The position numbers and the translations under genes are program-made. 64,000 bases of DNA from an uncultured Nitrospiraceae bacterium (lineage in GTDB: Bacteria > Nitrospirota > Thermodesulfovibrionia > Thermodesulfovibrionales > Dissulfurispiraceae). This document shows, piece after piece, positions 59,923 through 64,000 of this stretch. A model generated the notes under the pieces. It searched no databases and had not been told where the DNA came from. It saw nothing but the letters and a program-made list of their open reading frames with translations. The stretch covers positions 160,001 to 224,000 of the forward strand of contig CAVPIW010000009.1 in assembly GCA_963705105.1 (NCBI GenBank), given 5' to 3'. How positions within the stretch are numbered: position 1 is the stretch's first letter; each line of letters opens with the position of its first letter.

Positions 59923-61374
59923 ATGAAACCATGTGATTTGGTCCTGTTCGGCACCCAGGGAGATCTTGCGAGGCGCAAGCTCTTACCCTCACTGTACCAG
60001 CTCGAAAAAGCGGAGCTCATCGCCCCGGAAACCACCATCATCGGCGTTTCCAGGGGGGAGGCCACCGACGGGGAATATATCGTCCAGGTGCGCGAGAGCC
60101 TGGAAACTTTCATGAAGGAGCCCATCGACAGTACGGTCTGGGAGCGCTTCTCGCGGCGGCTGCGGTATGCGAAGATCGACCTCTCCCAGCCGGACCAGTA
60201 CGCCATCCTCCGTGACAGGGTGGACCAGGCACAGCGCGAGACGGTCAATTACTGCGCCGTGGCGCCTGCCCTGTTCGGCCCGATCTGCCAGGGGCTCGCG
60301 GCAGCGGGGCTTGCCACGGATCGGTCGCGGGTGGTGCTGGAAAAGCCCATCGGCACGGACCTCGCCTCCTCCCGGGTCATCAACGACGCCGTGGGCGCCT
60401 TCTTCCACGAAGGTCAGGTCTACCGCATCGACCACTATCTCGGCAAGGAAACGGTGCTGAACCTCCTGGCGCTTCGCTTCGCCAATTCCATTTTCACCAC
60501 CAACTGGGACCACAATACGATCGACCACGTCCAGATCACGGTGGCCGAGGAGGTCGGGATCGAGGGGCGCTGGGGGTACTTCGACCAGTCCGGTCAGCTC
60601 CGCGACATGGTGCAGAACCATCTCCTGCAGATCCTGACCCTCATCGCCATCGAGCCGCCCGTCGCCCTGGACAGCGACAGCATCCGCAATGAAAAGTTGA
60701 AAGTGCTGAAAGCGCTCCGGCCCATCACACGGGACAACGCAGAGGAGAAATCTGTGCGGGGCCAGTACACCGCCGGTTTTCTCAAGGGGGGGCCGGTCCC
60801 CGGGTATCTCGAAGAGGAAGGGGGCAATCCCCGGAGCGACACCGCAACGTTTGTCGGACTGCGTGTGGACATCGACAACTGGCGGTGGGCCGATGTGCCC
60901 TTTTATCTGCGGACGGGCAAACGCATGACGACCAAACGCAGCGAGGTGGCGATCCACTTCAAGCGCCTGCCTCACAATATTTTCAAGGGGAGCTACAAGA
61001 AGCTGCCGGCCAACCGGCTCGTCATCAAGCTCCAGCCCGATGAAGGGGTGGAAATCGAGGTGCTGAACAAGGTGCCCGGCCTGAGCAAAGGCGTGCAGCT
61101 GCAGAAGACCATGCTGGACCTCAGTTTTTCAGAGACCTTCAGGGGCGAGAGGATCGCCGACGCCTACGAGCGGCTGCTGCTGGAGGCGATGCGGGGCAAC
61201 CAGGCCCTGTTCATACGGCGCGACGAGGTGGAGCAGGCCTGGACATGGATCGATTCCATTCAGGACGCCTGGCAGGCACAGAATGAGCCGCCCAAACCCT
61301 ATGCCGCCGGGACGTGGGGCCCCGTCGCCTCGGTGGCCCTGCTCGCCCGCGACGGCAGGGAGTGGGATGAGTGA
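59923..61374 (+). CDS. zwf: Glucose-6-phosphate 1-dehydrogenase
   Basis: FGTQGDLARRKL, EKPIG, RIDHYLGKE, RDMVQNH, PFYLRTGK. Confidence 0.97.
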   Translation: MKPCDLVLFGTQGDLARRKLLPSLYQLEKAELIAPETTIIGVSRGEATDGEYIVQVRESLETFMKEPIDSTVWERFSRRLRYAKIDLSQPDQYAILRDRVDQAQRETVNYCAVAPALFGPICQGLAAAGLATDRSRVVLEKPIGTDLASSRVINDAVGAFFHEGQVYRIDHYLGKETVLNLLALRFANSIFTTNWDHNTIDHVQITVAEEVGIEGRWGYFDQSGQLRDMVQNHLLQILTLIAIEPPVALDSDSIRNEKLKVLKALRPITRDNAEEKSVRGQYTAGFLKGGPVPGYLEEEGGNPRSDTATFVGLRVDIDNWRWADVPFYLRTGKRMTTKRSEVAIHFKRLPHNIFKGSYKKLPANRLVIKLQPDEGVEIEVLNKVPGLSKGVQLQKTMLDLSFSETFRGERIADAYERLLLEAMRGNQALFIRRDEVEQAWTWIDSIQDAWQAQNEPPKPYAAGTWGPVASVALLARDGREWDE

Positions 61375-61396
61375 GGTTTATAAAAGGAGCACGATC

Positions 61397-63256
61397 ATGA
61401 ACCAGACAGTACGAGACGTCACGGAACGGATCATCAGCCGCAGCCGCAAAAGTCGCACCAGATATCTGCAGAACATGGAGGAGGCTCTGTCTGCAGGGCC
61501 GTCCCGGCACCGGCTCCCCTGCAGCAATCTTGCACACGCCATGGCGGTTTGCCGGGGCCTGGATGCGGAGAGGATGCGCGACGAGCATTCGCCCCACATC
61601 GCCGTCATAACTTCATACAACGATATGCTCTCGGCCCACCACACCTACGAAGACTTTCCTGCCACCATTAGAAAAGCGGTGGCTGCCGCCGGCGGTGTGG
61701 CCCAGGTGGCGGCCGGCGTGCCCGCCATGTGCGACGGCGTGACCCAGGGTGAGCCGGGCATGGACCTGAGCCTTCTCAGCCGCGACGTCATCGCCATGTC
61801 CACGGTGATCGGCCTGTCCCACGACGTCTTCGACGGGGCGCTGCTGCTCGGCATCTGCGACAAGATCATGCCCGGGCTGATCATGGGGGCGCTGCAGTTC
61901 GGACACCTGCCCATGATCCTGGTGCCTGGCGGCCCCATGCGCACGGGGCTGTCCAACAAGGAGAAGGCCCACGCACGGGAGCTCTTCGCCGAGGGCAAGA
62001 TCGGCCGGGATGAGATGCTGGAGGTGGAATGCAAATCCTACCATAGCACCGGGACATGCACTTTTTACGGCACGGCCAACAGCAACCAGCTCATCGCGGA
62101 ACTGCTGGGGCTGCATCTGCCGGGCGCCTCCTTCGTCAATCCCGACGACCCCCTGCGGGAGGCCTTCACCGTCGCCGCCGCTGCCCGGGTCACCGGCATG
62201 ACCCATCTGGGAGGGGCCTATAGCCCCATCTGCCGGATTGTCAGCGAAAAAGCGGTCGTGAACGCCATAGTCGGGGTGCTCGCCACGGGAGGCTCCACAA
62301 ACCAGACCATGCACCTCGTGGCAATAGCCAGGGCAGCGGGCATCCGCATCAACTGGGACGATTTCTCGGACCTCTCCACTGCTGTGCCCCTGCTGGTCCG
62401 GATCTATCCCAACGGGCCCGGGGACATCAACACCTTTCAGGACGCGGGCGGCATGGCGGCGCTCATTGCCGAACTCCTGGACGGCGGCTTCGTGCACAAC
62501 GATGTGCAGACCGTGGCGGGACAGGGCATGGAAGCCTATGCCCGCAAACCTCTGCTGGACGGGGACTCCCTGACGTGGAAGCCGGAGCCGGAGCGGTCGG
62601 CGGACCTCTCGGTGATCGCTGACCTGCAGAAGCCCTTTTCAGCGACGGGTGGACTCAAGGTCCTCTCGGGCAATCTGGGCAGGGCCGTCATCAAGGTGTC
62701 ATCCCTGGCCGACGGCGCAGACACTGTCATCGAGGCCCCGGCGGTGGTCTTCCATACCCAGGAAGAACTGAACGCCGCTTTCCGTGAGGGCCGGCTGAAC
62801 CGCGATTTCATCGCCGTGGTGCGCTTCCAGGGGCCCCAGGCCACAGGCATGCCGGAACTCCACAAACTGATTACGCCGCTATCCGTCCTTATGGACCATG
62901 GGTACAAAGTGGGCATGGTGACGGACGGCAGGCTGTCCGGGGCCTCCGGCAAGGTGCCCTCGGCCATCCACGTGACGCCGGAGGCGCTCTGCGGGGGATT
63001 GCTCGCCAAGGTGCAGGACGGCGACCCGATCCGCATCGATGTCAGGACGGGCAGACTCGATCTCCTGCTGGACGAGGCGGTGATCAAGGCGAGGGAGTAT
63101 GCCGATCCTGACTTGAAAAAAGCGCGCTACGGCACGGGCCGCCAGATCTTCGCCCCCCTGCGCAGCAGTATGCTGAGTCCCGAGGAAGGCGCGAGCTCGC
63201 TCTTTACCTATGTCCTTGAGAAGTGCCAGGTGCATCTGCCCTATCAGGAGGAGTGA
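61397..63256 (+). CDS. edd: Phosphogluconate dehydratase
   Basis: [51 protein letters not shown]. Confidence 0.96.
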   Translation: MNQTVRDVTERIISRSRKSRTRYLQNMEEALSAGPSRHRLPCSNLAHAMAVCRGLDAERMRDEHSPHIAVITSYNDMLSAHHTYEDFPATIRKAVAAAGGVAQVAAGVPAMCDGVTQGEPGMDLSLLSRDVIAMSTVIGLSHDVFDGALLLGICDKIMPGLIMGALQFGHLPMILVPGGPMRTGLSNKEKAHARELFAEGKIGRDEMLEVECKSYHSTGTCTFYGTANSNQLIAELLGLHLPGASFVNPDDPLREAFTVAAAARVTGMTHLGGAYSPICRIVSEKAVVNAIVGVLATGGSTNQTMHLVAIARAAGIRINWDDFSDLSTAVPLLVRIYPNGPGDINTFQDAGGMAALIAELLDGGFVHNDVQTVAGQGMEAYARKPLLDGDSLTWKPEPERSADLSVIADLQKPFSATGGLKVLSGNLGRAVIKVSSLADGADTVIEAPAVVFHTQEELNAAFREGRLNRDFIAVVRFQGPQATGMPELHKLITPLSVLMDHGYKVGMVTDGRLSGASGKVPSAIHVTPEALCGGLLAKVQDGDPIRIDVRTGRLDLLLDEAVIKAREYADPDLKKARYGTGRQIFAPLRSSMLSPEEGASSLFTYVLEKCQVHLPYQEE

Positions 63257-63906
63257 TGGAAACGAAAAGGCATTGGAACGTCCAACCCGAAGAGATACTG
63301 CGCCAGGGGCCGGTCGTGCCGGTCATGGTCATCAGGAACCTGGAACATGCGGTGCCCCTGGCACGGGCGCTGATGGCCGGCGGCATCAGCGTGCTCGAAA
63401 TCACCCTGCGCACCCCGGTGGCCATGGAGGCTATCAGGGCCATCAGCCGGGAGGTTCCCGGCGCCATCGTCGGCGCCGGCACGGTGACTCGCAACGAGGA
63501 GCTTGCCGCTGTTGCAGAAGCCGGCGGCGTCTTCGCCATCAGTCCGGGCCTGACCGTGGAGCTGCTCGATGCGGCCAACCGGGGGCCCATACCCCTGATT
63601 CCCGGCATAGCCACGATCTCGGAGCTGATGACCGGCATGGCACGAGGTTACAGCCACTTCAAATTTTTCCCCGCCGAGGCTGCGGGCGGAGTGAAAATGG
63701 TCCAAGCCATCGCCGGACCCTTTCCGCAGATCACCCTTTGCCCGACGGGTGGCATCACCCCTGCCAACTACAGGGAATATCTCGCCCAGAAGAACGTCGC
63801 CTGCGTCGGCGGCTCCTGGGTCGCGCCGCAGGGGGCGATGGATCAGGGGGACTGGGCGCGGATCACCGCGCTCGCCCGGGAAGCCATAGAAAAATCGGGA
63901 CGTTGA
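63256..63906 (+). CDS. eda: KDPG/KHG aldolase
   Basis: [38 protein letters not shown]. Confidence 0.96.
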   Translation: METKRHWNVQPEEILRQGPVVPVMVIRNLEHAVPLARALMAGGISVLEITLRTPVAMEAIRAISREVPGAIVGAGTVTRNEELAAVAEAGGVFAISPGLTVELLDAANRGPIPLIPGIATISELMTGMARGYSHFKFFPAEAAGGVKMVQAIAGPFPQITLCPTGGITPANYREYLAQKNVACVGGSWVAPQGAMDQGDWARITALAREAIEKSGR

Positions 63907-63953
63907 TTTTACCTTTCCCATAGGGGATAATCATACGAGGAGGTGAGGGGATG
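63903..63953 (+). repeat. Second copy of the pgl promoter/RBS block
   Basis: TTGATTTTACCTTTCCCATAGGGGATAATCATACGAGGAGGTGAGGGGATG. Confidence 0.75.
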
Positions 63954-64000
63954 ATCTCTGCAGGATGCGCCGACGTGGTCAGGGGAAGGTCCTATCCGCT

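Overview
A 64-kb, GC-rich, mostly accessory bacterial region. The host is probably an anaerobic Nitrospirota or deltaproteobacterium-like organism; this is inferred from gene content only. Coding content includes a MacAB-TolC-type efflux operon, five type II toxin-antitoxin pairs, a broken methyltransferase/restriction locus, argS, an octaheme nitrite reductase, a di-heme peroxidase, AsmA, two MscS channels, a GH63 glucosidase, DUF3300/DUF2950, fbaB, a Ser-type sulfatase cluster with its radical-SAM maturase, a c-di-GMP-I riboswitch, IS remnants and a pgl-zwf-edd-eda Entner-Doudoroff operon. The most striking signals are non-coding. (1) Eleven copies of an unnamed ~190-280 nt modular long-hairpin intergenic element show compensatory base changes and chimeric subtypes. 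(2) A short GGGAC...CCCT(A/G)TTT motif repeatedly sits at the breakpoints of gene scraps, and a REP-associated Y1-transposase-like remnant is present. (3) A lone integron cassette has group II intron remnants in both flanking attC sites. (4) Several gene modules are bracketed by duplicated gene 3' ends or promoters. All calls are by eye, without database searches.
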